The notes under the pieces were generated by a model. The model saw only the letters and a program-made list of their open reading frames with translations. It was not told the origin of the DNA and ran no database searches. The position numbers were made by a program, and so were the translations under genes. A stretch of DNA of 64,000 nucleotides, from sequence record DRR723986_3005; one strand, 5' to 3'. This document shows positions 52,327-63,202 of the stretch, one piece after another; the stretch's first letter is position 1, and each line of letters begins with the position of its first letter.

Positions 52327-53385
52327 TTATTTTATTGCTGGCAATACCTCGCCGGTAACCTGCTGACCTGCCGTCATGCCACCAACAGTAATCCATTGGC
52401 CTTTGAAATTCAGCAGGCCCCGATGGTCCATGCTTGCCACAGGCTTGTCCGGGTAAGCCACCCAGTTATCTTTGGCAAAATCCCAAGCAAAAACGTGAGC
52501 GGTTGGTTTTGAAGGCTCGCCGTTGTAGCCAATGCCGTTATAATTATAGGCGTTTGATGTACCCCCCACGAACAACACGCGGTTGCCCTGCACATCGCCA
52601 GCCCCGCCCATGCGGTAGTTGCCGCGCCCCGGCAGTTGCGGCAGTCGTCGGTACCTTATTTCAGCCGGGTCATCCGGGTTAATCGTACCCATCCAGCCCT
52701 CATTAACGGTTTCAAACCGCCGGTCACCGCCTTCGCGTGTTCCCAGTAACGCCACACCGTCCGCGATGACAAACCGGTTGCCAACAATGCCGCCCGCATG
52801 ACCAAACACCGGGCTGCCAGGATAATCGGTTGCTTTAAACCAATGGTTTTCAACTGTGTCATACGCCTGCACATCGCGGATGTTGCCGGTGTTGCGCCAG
52901 CCCGAAACCAAATAGATGTAACGACCGGCGTAAACAAAACTGACCGCATCATCTGTTGGCACCGGCATGTCTGGAATTCGGTCATATTGATTGGTGCGTA
53001 AATCGTAGCGGAAGTTTTCCGGCGTTGAAACTTCTGCGCCGTCTTCGGCCACCGTGTAGCCGCCAAACAAATACACCGCTTCGCCCAGCCCAACCGCGGT
53101 TGCTGCCAACCGCCCTTCCGGCACCGGCACATCTGCAAGACGCCGCCAAGAAGCCCCGCCTTCTGTATAGGCAAAAGCCTGCTTGCTAACATCTCTATAG
53201 GTTTTACCTGCAGTCAACCCCATGAAGCTGAAGAGAGTGGTCTTGCCGTCAATCTCAATTTGCGCAACAGCGTTATTAGCATGTGCGATAGGCAGTGGCG
53301 GCACCTCTTGAGAAGCGACAACGTATGACGACAGCATTAACAGCGTCCCAATAATTCCGCATATACGCGCTGCTATATTCCTCAT
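52327..53385 (-). CDS. Exported Kelch-repeat beta-propeller protein
   Basis: Signal peptide; repeats YLFGG, YLVSGW, FVGG and TVGG with downstream Y/W. Confidence 0.82.
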   Translation of the reverse strand: MRNIAARICGIIGTLLMLSSYVVASQEVPPLPIAHANNAVAQIEIDGKTTLFSFMGLTAGKTYRDVSKQAFAYTEGGASWRRLADVPVPEGRLAATAVGLGEAVYLFGGYTVAEDGAEVSTPENFRYDLRTNQYDRIPDMPVPTDDAVSFVYAGRYIYLVSGWRNTGNIRDVQAYDTVENHWFKATDYPGSPVFGHAGGIVGNRFVIADGVALLGTREGGDRRFETVNEGWMGTINPDDPAEIRYRRLPQLPGRGNYRMGGAGDVQGNRVLFVGGTSNAYNYNGIGYNGEPSKPTAHVFAWDFAKDNWVAYPDKPVASMDHRGLLNFKGQWITVGGMTAGQQVTGEVLPAIK

Positions 53386-53457
53386 GAAACGCCTCGTTTA
53401 TTTTGATCAGTTGGTTTATCCTCCAACCCTAGCGAACCCTGAGTAAGGAGACAATGT

Positions 53458-53856
53458 ATGTTAAGCAGACTTATCGCAGCCTCGGTTTTGGTCGGCTTGT
53501 CCTTCGGCGCATCCGCACAAGATGCGCCTGTCCGGGCTGATGGATTGATCAACTCGCCGATCACAACAGCGCCGAACCATGATCTGCTGATGACGCGCGT
53601 TCATATTTCGGCAAACACCGTTTTGTCCATGCATTCTCACCCCACGGAAGAGTTTCTCTATATATTGGACGGTGAAGCCATTCTGCGCATTCAGGGACGA
53701 GAAGACCAGCTATTGAGTGCGGGCGCAGCGGTGGTTATTCCAGCCGGCGCAATACATACAGCGGTTACCCACGATAGCGATGCTATTGCCCTGACCACAC
53801 GCGTTCAACCCAAGGGGCAGCCAGTTCGCATACCGGCACCGAAATCGTCAGAATAA
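53458..53856 (+). CDS. Exported cupin domain protein
   Basis: HSHP.EE..YILDG and IPAGAIH motifs; signal peptide. Confidence 0.85.
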   Translation: MLSRLIAASVLVGLSFGASAQDAPVRADGLINSPITTAPNHDLLMTRVHISANTVLSMHSHPTEEFLYILDGEAILRIQGREDQLLSAGAAVVIPAGAIHTAVTHDSDAIALTTRVQPKGQPVRIPAPKSSE

Positions 53857-53870
53857 AAGGAATTACATCC

Positions 53871-54644
53871 ATGTTCACCCTTGAAGGCAAAACCTATATC
53901 GTTACAGGTGCTTCCCGCGGCATCGGAAACGCAACCGCCAACATTTTACTTGATCTCGGTGCCAATGTGGTTGGCGGCTATTCTTCTGCCCTCGGCCACA
54001 TGAAAGGCTTGCAGGCTAAGTTCGGCAATGACCGCCTTCTCCCCTTGCAAATAAACCTTTCTGAACCGGGGGCCGCATTCAAAATGTGGGGCCAAGCCCT
54101 TGCCTTCAAAGGGCAAATTGACGGTATCGTCAATAATGCAGGCATTGCACCGTCCACGCCTTATGACACTGATGTCAGCCAATGGCAGGCTGACTGGTCG
54201 CAGGTTATGCAGGTGAATGTGCAGGCCGTTGCCGACCTGTGCAAAGCCGCCATTGAGCATTTTGAAGCCGAACGTGCCAAAGACGAAAAATTTCAGGGCC
54301 GCATTGTTACAGTGGCCAGTCGCGCGGCTTTCCGGGGCGACCAACCAGATTCACTGCATTATGCCGCCAGCAAAGGTGCGCTTGTAGCGCTGATGCGATC
54401 AATCGCGCGCGGTTTTGCTGGCAAGGGCATTTATGCCTTCACCATCGCGCCCGGCTGGGTTGGCACGGATATGGCGGCAGTGACAGAACTGCCCGGTAAC
54501 GAGCATATGCTAAAGGAAATCCCCATGGGGGCTGTGGCCCCGCCGGAAAACATTGGCAACATGATTGCCTTCCTGTTATCCGGCCTTGTTGACCATGCGA
54601 CCGGCACAACCGTGGACATTAATGGCGCCAGTTATGTGCGCTAG
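53871..54644 (+). CDS. SDR family oxidoreductase
   Basis: TGASRGIG, VNNAG and YAASK motifs. Confidence 0.92.
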   Translation: MFTLEGKTYIVTGASRGIGNATANILLDLGANVVGGYSSALGHMKGLQAKFGNDRLLPLQINLSEPGAAFKMWGQALAFKGQIDGIVNNAGIAPSTPYDTDVSQWQADWSQVMQVNVQAVADLCKAAIEHFEAERAKDEKFQGRIVTVASRAAFRGDQPDSLHYAASKGALVALMRSIARGFAGKGIYAFTIAPGWVGTDMAAVTELPGNEHMLKEIPMGAVAPPENIGNMIAFLLSGLVDHATGTTVDINGASYVR

Positions 54645-56470
54645 CTAGAAAGGCTGTCTTTAAGCTCTTCCAACTCCAGCCAGCGCAGTTCTTTCTCATC
54701 GAGCAGGCCTCGTTTCTCAGCAAGCTCGTCTGAAATACGCCCAAAGGCGCTCGGGTCTTTACTATAAAAATCAGGGTCTGAAACCTTGGCTTCAAGCTCG
54801 GCGATTTGCATCGACAGGCTTTCCACTTCAGCAGGCAATGTGTCCAGCGCATGCTGGTCTTTGAACGACAGTTTCTTCCTGCTCTTCGGCGCACCAGATA
54901 TGGAGACCACTTTGGATTTTTGCTTACGTCCCATGTCAAAAGCGGTGTCTGTTTTCGCACTTGCTGCACGCTGGGTGCGATAGTCACTGTACCCGCCCGG
55001 ATATTCCATAATCGTACCGTCGCCCTCCAGCACGATGGTACTGGTGACAACCCGGTCGAGAAAATCGCGGTCGTGGGACACTAGAAGAATGGTGCCTTTA
55101 TAGTCGGCCAGCGTCTCTTGCAACAAATCCAACGTTTCCATATCCAGATCATTGGTCGGCTCGTCAAGCACCATCAGATTGGATTTTTTAGCAAAATTGG
55201 CCGCGATAAGCAGACGGTTCCGCTCGCCGCCAGAAAGGCTGGAAACCGGGGTTCGTGCCTGACTGGGGTCGAACAAAAATTCTTTCAAATAGGTCATGAC
55301 ATGGCGGCTTTCATCGCCGACGAAAATCCAGTCACCATCACCGCCGGTCAACACGTCCATGACCGACATGTCGTCTTTCAGGTTAGCGCGTTTTTGGTCA
55401 ATAACGATGGACTGCAAATTAGTCCCCAGCTGCACGCTGCCTTCGTCAGGCGCAACTTCGCCCATCAACATTTTTATCAGGGTCGATTTACCAGCACCGT
55501 TCGGTCCGATAATGCCGATTCGGTCACCGCGCGCGATACGAATAGAAAAATCAGAAAACAGGCTGCGGCCATCATAAGACTTACTAATGCCTTTAGCCTC
55601 AATCACCCGTGCACCGGACTTGCCGCCGCCGCCAAGTGAAATGGTAACATCGCCTTTGGCTTTTACGATGTTGCGCCGCTCGTCGCGCAGGGCATGAAGC
55701 CGCCGCAACCGACCCTGGTTGCGGGTGCGTCTGGCGCTGATGCCTTCAACTGACCAACGGGTTTCTTCCTTGATAACTTTATCAAGTTTTTTCAGGGCAT
55801 CCGCTTCCTCAGTGAAGGTTTTTTCCTGCCATTCGTCAAACTTGGAAAAGCTACCATCAAACCGACGAATTTTACCACGGTCTAGCCACAGGCAAGCGTT
55901 GGCCAAGTTGCCAAGAAAAGTTCGATCGTGGCTGATCAGCACCATCGCACCGCGCCAGTTTTTCAGGTAGTCCTCAAGCCAGTTGATAATATTAATATCC
56001 AGATGGTTGGTTGGCTCATCAAGCAACAACAAATCGGGTTCGGCGATCAGCGTGCGCGCAAGGGCCGCGCGCCGAAGCTCTCCGCCTGATGCTGTATGCG
56101 GGTCGGCCCCGCCTTCCACACCCAAGTCAGCAATTAACACATCTGCCTTATAGTCTTCATCACCGCTTTGGTTAACCAACCCCGCCAGAATATAGTCACG
56201 CAAGGTGGCATGCCCGCTGGCATCTGGTTCCTGCGGCAAATAAGCCGCCGTTGCGCCCGGCTGAAGCCAGCGTTCACCGCCGTCACTGTCAATAAGCCCG
56301 GCAATAACCTTCAGGAGTGTTGATTTGCCTGCGCCGTTGCGGCCAATCAGGCACAAACGGTCATTATGGCCAATGTGCATTTCAAGCTTATCCAGCACAG
56401 GGTCAGAACCCCAATGAAGGTCGATATTTCTTAAGCTTAATAAAGGCGGTGCCATTGGCATGCTGTCCAA
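54641..56470 (-). CDS. uup: ABC-F family ATPase (Uup-like)
   Basis: Two ABC cassettes without TM segments; ARRTRNQGR linker; C-terminal KLSFKDQ..L..LP...RWLELE. Start uncertain by a few codons. Confidence 0.88.
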   Translation of the reverse strand: MDSMPMAPPLLSLRNIDLHWGSDPVLDKLEMHIGHNDRLCLIGRNGAGKSTLLKVIAGLIDSDGGERWLQPGATAAYLPQEPDASGHATLRDYILAGLVNQSGDEDYKADVLIADLGVEGGADPHTASGGELRRAALARTLIAEPDLLLLDEPTNHLDINIINWLEDYLKNWRGAMVLISHDRTFLGNLANACLWLDRGKIRRFDGSFSKFDEWQEKTFTEEADALKKLDKVIKEETRWSVEGISARRTRNQGRLRRLHALRDERRNIVKAKGDVTISLGGGGKSGARVIEAKGISKSYDGRSLFSDFSIRIARGDRIGIIGPNGAGKSTLIKMLMGEVAPDEGSVQLGTNLQSIVIDQKRANLKDDMSVMDVLTGGDGDWIFVGDESRHVMTYLKEFLFDPSQARTPVSSLSGGERNRLLIAANFAKKSNLMVLDEPTNDLDMETLDLLQETLADYKGTILLVSHDRDFLDRVVTSTIVLEGDGTIMEYPGGYSDYRTQRAASAKTDTAFDMGRKQKSKVVSISGAPKSRKKLSFKDQHALDTLPAEVESLSMQIAELEAKVSDPDFYSKDPSAFGRISDELAEKRGLLDEKELRWLELEELKDSLSS

Positions 56471-56582
56471 TCAATATGTATCGCGTATATCTTGATACTT
56501 GTTTCTGGCGTGCCTTATACCCACCTACTATAACTGTGGACAAGGCCAATCGACGAAACGCCTGTTTAGGGGAGGATATTTC

Positions 56583-57155
56583 GTGACAACTTCAGAGACA
56601 TTCACCAATCAGGCATTATCCAGCGAAACGCTTGAACCGCCCGAAGCAATGAACTTTGAAGCCCTTTCCCCCGCCTATAAATCAATGCTTTTGGTGTCTG
56701 CATTATTCTTTTTTGTTTTTGTCGTTTTGCTTAATTTCACGATTAACTTTTTTATAACCGGTTCAATACAAGCGCTACTGACCAGCACGGTTGGTATGTT
56801 GACTGTAAGTGCGGTCAGCTTGCTTGCGTTTTTGAGCCTTTTTCTGCCTAAAATGCTATGGCGGTCAAAAGGATATCAACTGCGTGAACATGATTTGCAT
56901 TTTCGTCGCGGAATTATATGGCGGCATGTTACGTCTCTGCCATATGTGAGGGTTCAGCATGTAGAGTTGGAAAGCGGCCCTGTTGAACGCTATTTCAAGC
57001 TTGCCACCTTAAAATTTTACACCGCTGGCGGCGGGTCAGCTGACGTTAGCATTCCGGGCCTACCATTTGGAACCGCATCCAAAATTCGTTCCTACGTTAT
57101 GGGCCGGGCTGGCGTTGACGGCAGCAATGAAAACCCAAGCAAGCATGCTAACTGA
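56583..57155 (+). CDS. YdbS-like membrane protein with a bacterial PH domain
   Basis: Two TM segments, then RVQHVE...GP.ER.F.LATL..YTAG; GGAGGA RBS before GTG 56583. Confidence 0.82.
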   Translation: MTTSETFTNQALSSETLEPPEAMNFEALSPAYKSMLLVSALFFFVFVVLLNFTINFFITGSIQALLTSTVGMLTVSAVSLLAFLSLFLPKMLWRSKGYQLREHDLHFRRGIIWRHVTSLPYVRVQHVELESGPVERYFKLATLKFYTAGGGSADVSIPGLPFGTASKIRSYVMGRAGVDGSNENPSKHAN

Positions 57156-58750
57156 TGGAATTAGGTGAAAAAACATACGCGCCTGGTGACAATGAAGCAG
57201 GTTCTGATCTTGGTGCAGTTTCGGCTCTGCGGTCTGACACATGGCAGCGGCTATCACCGGCTGCGGTTATATACTATTTGGTCAAGTTTGTTGGCGGCAT
57301 CATTAGAAACGGCCTGCAAGCATTAGTGCCGTTAACGGCTGTGGTTGCCACCACCGGCGATAGCAGATGGACTATTCTAATTGCGATGCTGCTGGTAGGC
57401 AGTGCAATTATGCTAATTGGTGCGTTGCTTAGTTATTTAAACTTCAAGTTTAGACTGGAAGGCGACAGTTTTCTAATTCGAAGCGGCGTGCTTACACGCA
57501 AGCGCCTAACCTTGTCTTTTGATCGTATTCAAAATGTTGCCCTAAGCGAACCGCTGTACTTTAGGCCACTGGGATTAGTAATCCTGACACTGGAAAGTGC
57601 GGGGTCTAAATCTGAAGAAGTGAACCTGGCGGGCATTCCGCGACCTCTTGCTAGTGTTATCCGCCGTCACGTGCTGGAATGGAAAAGCAAAACACAAACA
57701 CCGGCTATTGATGCAAACGCGCCAGACGAACCCCAAACAACTGCGAATGCAACCGGCACAAAAACAACCGATTTGCTGCGCCAGCCGGTTTCTGAACTGG
57801 CTCGATACGGCCTTAGCAACAACAATTTGTTTGTGCTGGCAGGCATATCTGCGGGGGTGTTCTCACAAATTGATAAATTTTGGGAAAGCACACTAGTCGC
57901 CGAATGGTTTGAAGTGTTGGGCGAAACCGTTGGCACCGGCACTATTGCTATCGCAGCCTTTATTGGCTTCGCTGCATTAGCCGTGTTGTTGGTTTTGGTG
58001 TTGGCAAGCGTTACCGGCGCCATCATCGCCAACTATAATTATCACTTATCCTACGGCGACCAGAAATATCATCGCACACGGGGACTATTTAACCGTGAAG
58101 AAACCAGCGTACCTGAAAAGAAGATACAAAGCCTGCGTATAACGCAGCCTATCATCGCGCGTTTCCTTGGCAGGTTTCACCTCGTGTTAGAACAAGTTGG
58201 CTTCTCAAGCAAAGACGGCTCCACCCAGAAAAATAACTTTATCATCCCCAGTGTTCAGCAGGATTTTTACCAGACATTGTCAGCGCGGCTGTTCCCGGGT
58301 ACTAGCATGTTGGACATGCCCTTAAATGCGATCAGTAAACGCTTCGTTCTCAGGCATGTCATTTATTCGGTTGGTATAATATCAAGCATTGTAACGGTGG
58401 CCTGGGCTACCCAATTCGGTTGGTGGGCTTTGGTGCCGCTAACAGCCCCAATTTTATCTGCGCCTTTGTTTATGCTGCGCCGCAAGCGATACGGATATGC
58501 GAGAAGCGCAACGCACGGTGTGGTAAGGTCAGGGTTTCTGGGCCACAATTTGACAGTGTTTGCCTTTTTTAAAGTGCAAACCATGGAAATTATTCAGTCC
58601 CCCGGCCAGCGCAAGCACAACCTTGCCGATGTTAAAATAAAGCTTGCCGGGCGCACGCTTTATATTCCCTATATGCCATTAAAAGATGCTGTTAGTTGGC
58701 GAAATGCCGCACTTTTGGAAGCCGAGACAAACACTGCGCCTTGGATGTAA
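57155..58750 (+). CDS. YdbT-like membrane protein with repeated bacterial PH domains
   Basis: W.RLSP, RIQNV, KIQS and KVQT..Q.P.QR motifs; TGATG coupling to the ydbS-like gene. Confidence 0.82.
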   Translation: MELGEKTYAPGDNEAGSDLGAVSALRSDTWQRLSPAAVIYYLVKFVGGIIRNGLQALVPLTAVVATTGDSRWTILIAMLLVGSAIMLIGALLSYLNFKFRLEGDSFLIRSGVLTRKRLTLSFDRIQNVALSEPLYFRPLGLVILTLESAGSKSEEVNLAGIPRPLASVIRRHVLEWKSKTQTPAIDANAPDEPQTTANATGTKTTDLLRQPVSELARYGLSNNNLFVLAGISAGVFSQIDKFWESTLVAEWFEVLGETVGTGTIAIAAFIGFAALAVLLVLVLASVTGAIIANYNYHLSYGDQKYHRTRGLFNREETSVPEKKIQSLRITQPIIARFLGRFHLVLEQVGFSSKDGSTQKNNFIIPSVQQDFYQTLSARLFPGTSMLDMPLNAISKRFVLRHVIYSVGIISSIVTVAWATQFGWWALVPLTAPILSAPLFMLRRKRYGYARSATHGVVRSGFLGHNLTVFAFFKVQTMEIIQSPGQRKHNLADVKIKLAGRTLYIPYMPLKDAVSWRNAALLEAETNTAPWM

Positions 58751-58763
58751 CGACTAGGCGTGC

Positions 58764-59228
58764 CTATCGATTTTCGTCCAGATACACTCTTACTTTTTGC
58801 AACAAAGGCACAGCGGCTTCAAAAAGGTCTTGCCCTAGTGCTTCGCCTATTTGCTGAAAAAGCGGTGTCAAAGCGGCAATTGCCGCAGCCCGGGCGTTTA
58901 CGCCTGCCTCTGTGATCTGCACGATTTTACTACGGCCATCTTCTGGGTGTGCCGTTACCTGCACAAAACCCTTGGCTGCCAACTTTTGCACGATATTCGT
59001 CATGCTGGGACGGGCCACCTGAAAAGCACTGGCTAGCTCAGCTGGCGTTTCCAGCTTACCCAACCGAACCATGTGATTGAGCACACCAAACTGCGCTTTG
59101 CTCAACCCTTGGGGTAAGGCACGCTCCAACTGTGTGGTTGCCAATTGCTCCATAATCCCCAGCTCATTAAAGAAGTGATAAATCGGATTATCTGGGGTTT
59201 CAGCTTCAGATATTTCGTTTTTTTTCAC
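58764..59228 (-). CDS. MarR family regulator
   Basis: LS.AQF.VL, ELA...V.RPSMT..V.KL..KGFV and D.RSK...T..G motifs. Confidence 0.9.
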   Translation of the reverse strand: MKKNEISEAETPDNPIYHFFNELGIMEQLATTQLERALPQGLSKAQFGVLNHMVRLGKLETPAELASAFQVARPSMTNIVQKLAAKGFVQVTAHPEDGRSKIVQITEAGVNARAAAIAALTPLFQQIGEALGQDLFEAAVPLLQKVRVYLDENR

Positions 59229-59240
59229 AAAACTCTCGCT

Positions 59241-60395
59241 TTAAATTTGATTTATCAGGCTTTTTTGCAGTTTCCAGCGCGGACTTGGGTCAACTTCCGG
59301 GGCATAACCAATACGAGCAAACATTTGAATTCTACCCGGTTGATCACACTGCAGTTCTTTATGCAATTCATTATAAAGTTTAACCATTTCAGGATATTCC
59401 TGCAAAGCTTGGCTAAGTGGATGGATGGCAACCCCCTGCTGCGTTGCTGTTAAATTTATTCGCATCCATGTGCGACCTGCATCCAGTTGCGAACGCCTAC
59501 TATTGTCCTGTGTCTCAACTGAGACATATCCCATTGCGGAATGCATAATGTCATAAAACATATCCAAGCCTCGCTTAAAAGTTTTGGACGTTGGGTCTGC
59601 CATCTGCGCTCGGTCAAGAAAGCCCAAGTTTGAAGCCATCTCCAACTGAAACCCGCCCAGGGCAATCCCGTCTGGATTAGCATTAATCTCTGACTTGCCA
59701 ATCCGCATCAGGTCTATGCTTTCCTGCATGGTTTGGGGCGTGTAGCTCTCAACCTTATGAGCGCGCCACGTGAGATCGCGGAGCCTTTCTATGGCAGACG
59801 GCTCTACGATCACGCCTATTACTGTGTCGTATTCGCTGCTTGCCAACAATGCATCTGCTGCACCCACGTTAACCGGCCGGTTCGTATCATACGGCAATTT
59901 GTTTGAACGGCGTTTTTTAATGAATGGAAACAAGAGGTCTTTGGCAACTGAAGTATCAGGGGCCACTGTAATTTTTGCTATTGGCCTTTTATCCAAGCGC
60001 TCAAACGGCTCGCCGTCCGGGAAATATTCAATTGACGCTCCATAACCATCTTCAGCCGCTGCAATAGTCAAAGTTTCAAGAAAACACCCCAAACCAATGG
60101 TGATTTGCCGATCAAACGGATCGGTATGCGGCAAACGGCGGTTCAGGTCACACGTGAGTATGATACCGGTTTCACCAACAAGTTCTGCAAGCCATGGCTG
60201 ACGGTTGTGCGGGTTAGGAGACAAAATTGCATAAGAGAGCGCCTTAAGTCGTGGGTCGGCAAAATTGTGGGCGCCGTCACTCCACGGTTCAAGCGCTTTT
60301 GCCGGTTTGCGGGTCGCGGCAAACAGGCCAAGCCCCGCCCCGGTTACCACCATGGATGCAGCACCTACCTTTAGAAGCTGTCGTCTGCTGATCAT
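59241..60395 (-). CDS. Acg-type FMN-binding nitroreductase-like protein with twin-arginine N-terminus
   Basis: SRRQLLK; A.LSPNPHNRQPW, RRSN and HPLSQALQE motifs; start at MISRR after an AAGGGA RBS. Confidence 0.8.
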   Translation of the reverse strand: MISRRQLLKVGAASMVVTGAGLGLFAATRKPAKALEPWSDGAHNFADPRLKALSYAILSPNPHNRQPWLAELVGETGIILTCDLNRRLPHTDPFDRQITIGLGCFLETLTIAAAEDGYGASIEYFPDGEPFERLDKRPIAKITVAPDTSVAKDLLFPFIKKRRSNKLPYDTNRPVNVGAADALLASSEYDTVIGVIVEPSAIERLRDLTWRAHKVESYTPQTMQESIDLMRIGKSEINANPDGIALGGFQLEMASNLGFLDRAQMADPTSKTFKRGLDMFYDIMHSAMGYVSVETQDNSRRSQLDAGRTWMRINLTATQQGVAIHPLSQALQEYPEMVKLYNELHKELQCDQPGRIQMFARIGYAPEVDPSPRWKLQKSLINQI

Positions 60396-60412
60396 TTTAT
60401 TATCCCTTTTAA

Positions 60413-60444
60413 TTAGCATACTAACTATATAGTTAGATGGCTAA
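60413..60444. promoter_or_regulatory. Palindromic operator upstream of the nitroreductase-marR pair
   Basis: TTAGC-ATA-CTAACTATATAGTTAG-ATG-GCTAA with a perfect 16-bp core at 60421-60436. Confidence 0.7.
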
Positions 60445-60457
60445 CCAAATCAAGACA

Positions 60458-60485
60458 AAAAGAAAAGGCGGACAAAAGCCCGCCT
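60458..60485 (-). terminator. Intrinsic terminator after the molybdoenzyme large subunit
   Basis: Minus strand reads AGGCGGGC-TTTT-GTCCGCCT-TTTCTTTT. Confidence 0.7.
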
Positions 60486-60509
60486 CATCAAACCAGTTTA
60501 TACTTGTAT

Positions 60510-62750
60510 CTATGCCGAGAGTTGATCGCGGATGGGAAGCCTGCGAATACGCTTTCCACTCGCAGCAAAAATCGCATTGGTAAGAGCCGCTGTAACAGGC
60601 GGCACACCGGGTTCTCCGACACCACCTGGAGGGGCATCAACATCCATAATCGCCACCTCAACATGCGGCGTTTCATCAATGCGACAAACCGGATATGTGT
60701 CATAGTTCGCCTGCACGATAGCGCCGTTTTCAGCCGTAATTTCGCCGTGCTTGGCGATGGACATTGAGAACAATACCGCGCCTTCCATTTGTGCGCGAAC
60801 CCGGTCCGGGTTAACGGCCAAACCGCAGTCAACCGCCATCCACGCACGCGTCACACTAAGCTCACCATCTTCGCTAACTTCAACCTCAACCGCACTAGCC
60901 ACATAGGTTGTGAAGCTGCGGTGAACTGATATGCCAATGCCGCGACCGTTGGGCATTTCTTTGCCGTACCCGGACATTTCAACAACTTTTTTCAAGGTTG
61001 CTTTCAACCGCCCTGTGTTGATGGGGTGTGTCTCAAGCGGCGCACCATAATTGCCGTATTCAGCGCCGTCATCTGCCGGGTTTACGTCACGGTCAGAGCC
61101 AATAAGCTCCATCCACAGGTCATCGGTTCTACGGCCTTCGCCGTGGGCAATTTCATCAACCATAGACCCCAGCGCAAAAGCCTGCTGGATATTGGCAACC
61201 GACCGCACCCAACCAATGCGGACATGCGCTTTGGCGTCACCTGAATTAACCTGCAGGTTATCAATCTCAAACGGAATGTCAGTAAGGCCAAGGCCAATCT
61301 CAAACCCGCCCGGGCCAGTTGCCGCAGGGTCAAACGTGCCGCCAATAGACGGATAAGCAGCCTTGTGTTTCCACGCAGTTACCTTACCGCCAGAAACACC
61401 CGCACGCACCCGCTGCGCCGCAATGGTATGGTAATACCCATGACGCATATCATCGGTTCGGTCCCAAACCATTTTAACCGGCTTACCGGCCTGCTTAGCC
61501 AAAAGCGCTGCTTCCACGGCAAAGTCAGGCTTTGACTTTCGGCCAAAAGCCCCACCCAGCATGGTGGCCTCAACGTATATCTCTTCTGGTTTCTTGCCAA
61601 CAAAGGCGGCCACAGTATTTTGTACTGATTGTGGATCTTGGCAGCACACCCACATTTTCAAATCATCGCCGACCCACTCTGCAGTTGCAGCAGGCGGCTC
61701 CATTGGGGCGTGATGTTGATGCGGCACAAAATAATCAGCCTCATAAGATTTGTCAGCCGACGCTAATGCAGCGTCTACATCACCGCGATTGAGAAAATTA
61801 TTGTCCTTCCCATCGATTGACTTCCAAAGCTCGGCTTCAAACTCAGTGGTGTCATAGCCAGCATTTGGGCCGTCTTCGAATTGCGCCTCTAGCGCCTCGC
61901 GGCCCTTCATGGCAGCCCATGTGTTGGTTGCCAAAACCGCAACGCCGCCCAAAGGTTTAAACAGGGCCGGGAAAGCCAGCTCAGGCAGTTCAATAACATC
62001 CACAACACCGCTAACGGCCATGGCCGCTTCCTTATTATAACCCGAAAGCTTGCCGCCAACGACAGGCGGACGGGCGGCAACAGCAAACAACATGTTGTCG
62101 CGCATTACATCCTGCCCAAACTGTGAGCTACCGGTAATGATATCATTCATGTAGATATTGCGAACCGGGCGACCAATATATTGGCGCATATTTTTGGCTT
62201 TAAACATCAAGCTTTCCGGCGCAGGCACTGGCAATTTCGATGCAGCTTCAACAAAGTCAGCAAAGTCTGCGCTGTTGCCCGAAACTGTGTTAATCAACTT
62301 ATGGTTTTTCACGTCAACGTCTGCGGCAGCAATGCCCCAACGCGTCGCGGCTGCCCGTACTAACATAGCCCGGGCTGAGGCACCTGCCTGCTGAAACGCC
62401 GTAAAGAACATACGAATGGAGGTGGAGCCATCAGTATTCTGGTCACCAAACTTTTTGTCACCGTATGCCGGTAAAAAGTTAATTCTGTCCCAGTCAGCAT
62501 CCAGCTCGTCTGCAATAATTTGCGGCAACCCAGTGCGGCTACCCTGCCCCATCTCAACCCGGTGGATGTCTATGTGTACTGTGCCTTCGCCATCAATCAT
62601 CAAATAAACCGAGCTTTTCAAGGCTTCACCGCCGTGCGCATCCGCGATAACTTTTTTGGAAACAACAGGTGCTACAAGCGCCAAACCTGTGACTGCGCCC
62701 ATTCCCTGCAATACACCGCGGCGCGATACATTTTTCACATGCACTGTCAT
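60510..62750 (-). CDS. Xanthine dehydrogenase family molybdopterin-binding subunit (IorB-like), Tat signal
   Basis: SRRGVLQ; EMGQG, GGAFGRK and [10 protein letters not shown]...A..NAIFAA.G.R.R.LP motifs. Confidence 0.9.
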   Translation of the reverse strand: MTVHVKNVSRRGVLQGMGAVTGLALVAPVVSKKVIADAHGGEALKSSVYLMIDGEGTVHIDIHRVEMGQGSRTGLPQIIADELDADWDRINFLPAYGDKKFGDQNTDGSTSIRMFFTAFQQAGASARAMLVRAAATRWGIAAADVDVKNHKLINTVSGNSADFADFVEAASKLPVPAPESLMFKAKNMRQYIGRPVRNIYMNDIITGSSQFGQDVMRDNMLFAVAARPPVVGGKLSGYNKEAAMAVSGVVDVIELPELAFPALFKPLGGVAVLATNTWAAMKGREALEAQFEDGPNAGYDTTEFEAELWKSIDGKDNNFLNRGDVDAALASADKSYEADYFVPHQHHAPMEPPAATAEWVGDDLKMWVCCQDPQSVQNTVAAFVGKKPEEIYVEATMLGGAFGRKSKPDFAVEAALLAKQAGKPVKMVWDRTDDMRHGYYHTIAAQRVRAGVSGGKVTAWKHKAAYPSIGGTFDPAATGPGGFEIGLGLTDIPFEIDNLQVNSGDAKAHVRIGWVRSVANIQQAFALGSMVDEIAHGEGRRTDDLWMELIGSDRDVNPADDGAEYGNYGAPLETHPINTGRLKATLKKVVEMSGYGKEMPNGRGIGISVHRSFTTYVASAVEVEVSEDGELSVTRAWMAVDCGLAVNPDRVRAQMEGAVLFSMSIAKHGEITAENGAIVQANYDTYPVCRIDETPHVEVAIMDVDAPPGGVGEPGVPPVTAALTNAIFAASGKRIRRLPIRDQLSA

Positions 62751-63202
62751 GACTTGTCTCCCGCAACGTCGCGAATGGCCGCTTTAATGCGCTGATAGGT
62801 GCCACACCGACAAATATTGCCGTACATGGCGTCGTCTATCTCTGCATCGGATGGATTAGGGTTTTCAGCTAAAAGCGACGCTGCCTGCATTATCTGACCC
62901 GCTTGGCAGTAACCACACTGAGGTACATCATGCTTCATCCAAGCTTCTTGCAAAGCATGAAGTTGGTCGCCATTTGCCAACCCTTCGATAGTGGTAACCG
63001 AAGCGCCTTCAACATCTGCCATAAAGGTTTGGCATGACCGAACTGCGACACCGTCCACATGCACCGTGCAAGCCCCGCACAAACCGGCACCGCACCCAAA
63101 TTTACTGCCGGTTAGTCCAGCAATATCGCGCAAATACCACAAAAGCGGCATTTCCCCGTCGCCGCTATAGTCCATCGAACGCCCATTAACTGTGGTTTTC
63201 AT
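62747..63202 (-). CDS. (2Fe-2S)-binding small subunit (IorA-like)
   Basis: [22 protein letters not shown] and NICRCGTY motifs; ATGA overlap with the large subunit. Confidence 0.92.
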   Translation of the reverse strand: MKTTVNGRSMDYSGDGEMPLLWYLRDIAGLTGSKFGCGAGLCGACTVHVDGVAVRSCQTFMADVEGASVTTIEGLANGDQLHALQEAWMKHDVPQCGYCQAGQIMQAASLLAENPNPSDAEIDDAMYGNICRCGTYQRIKAAIRDVAGDKS

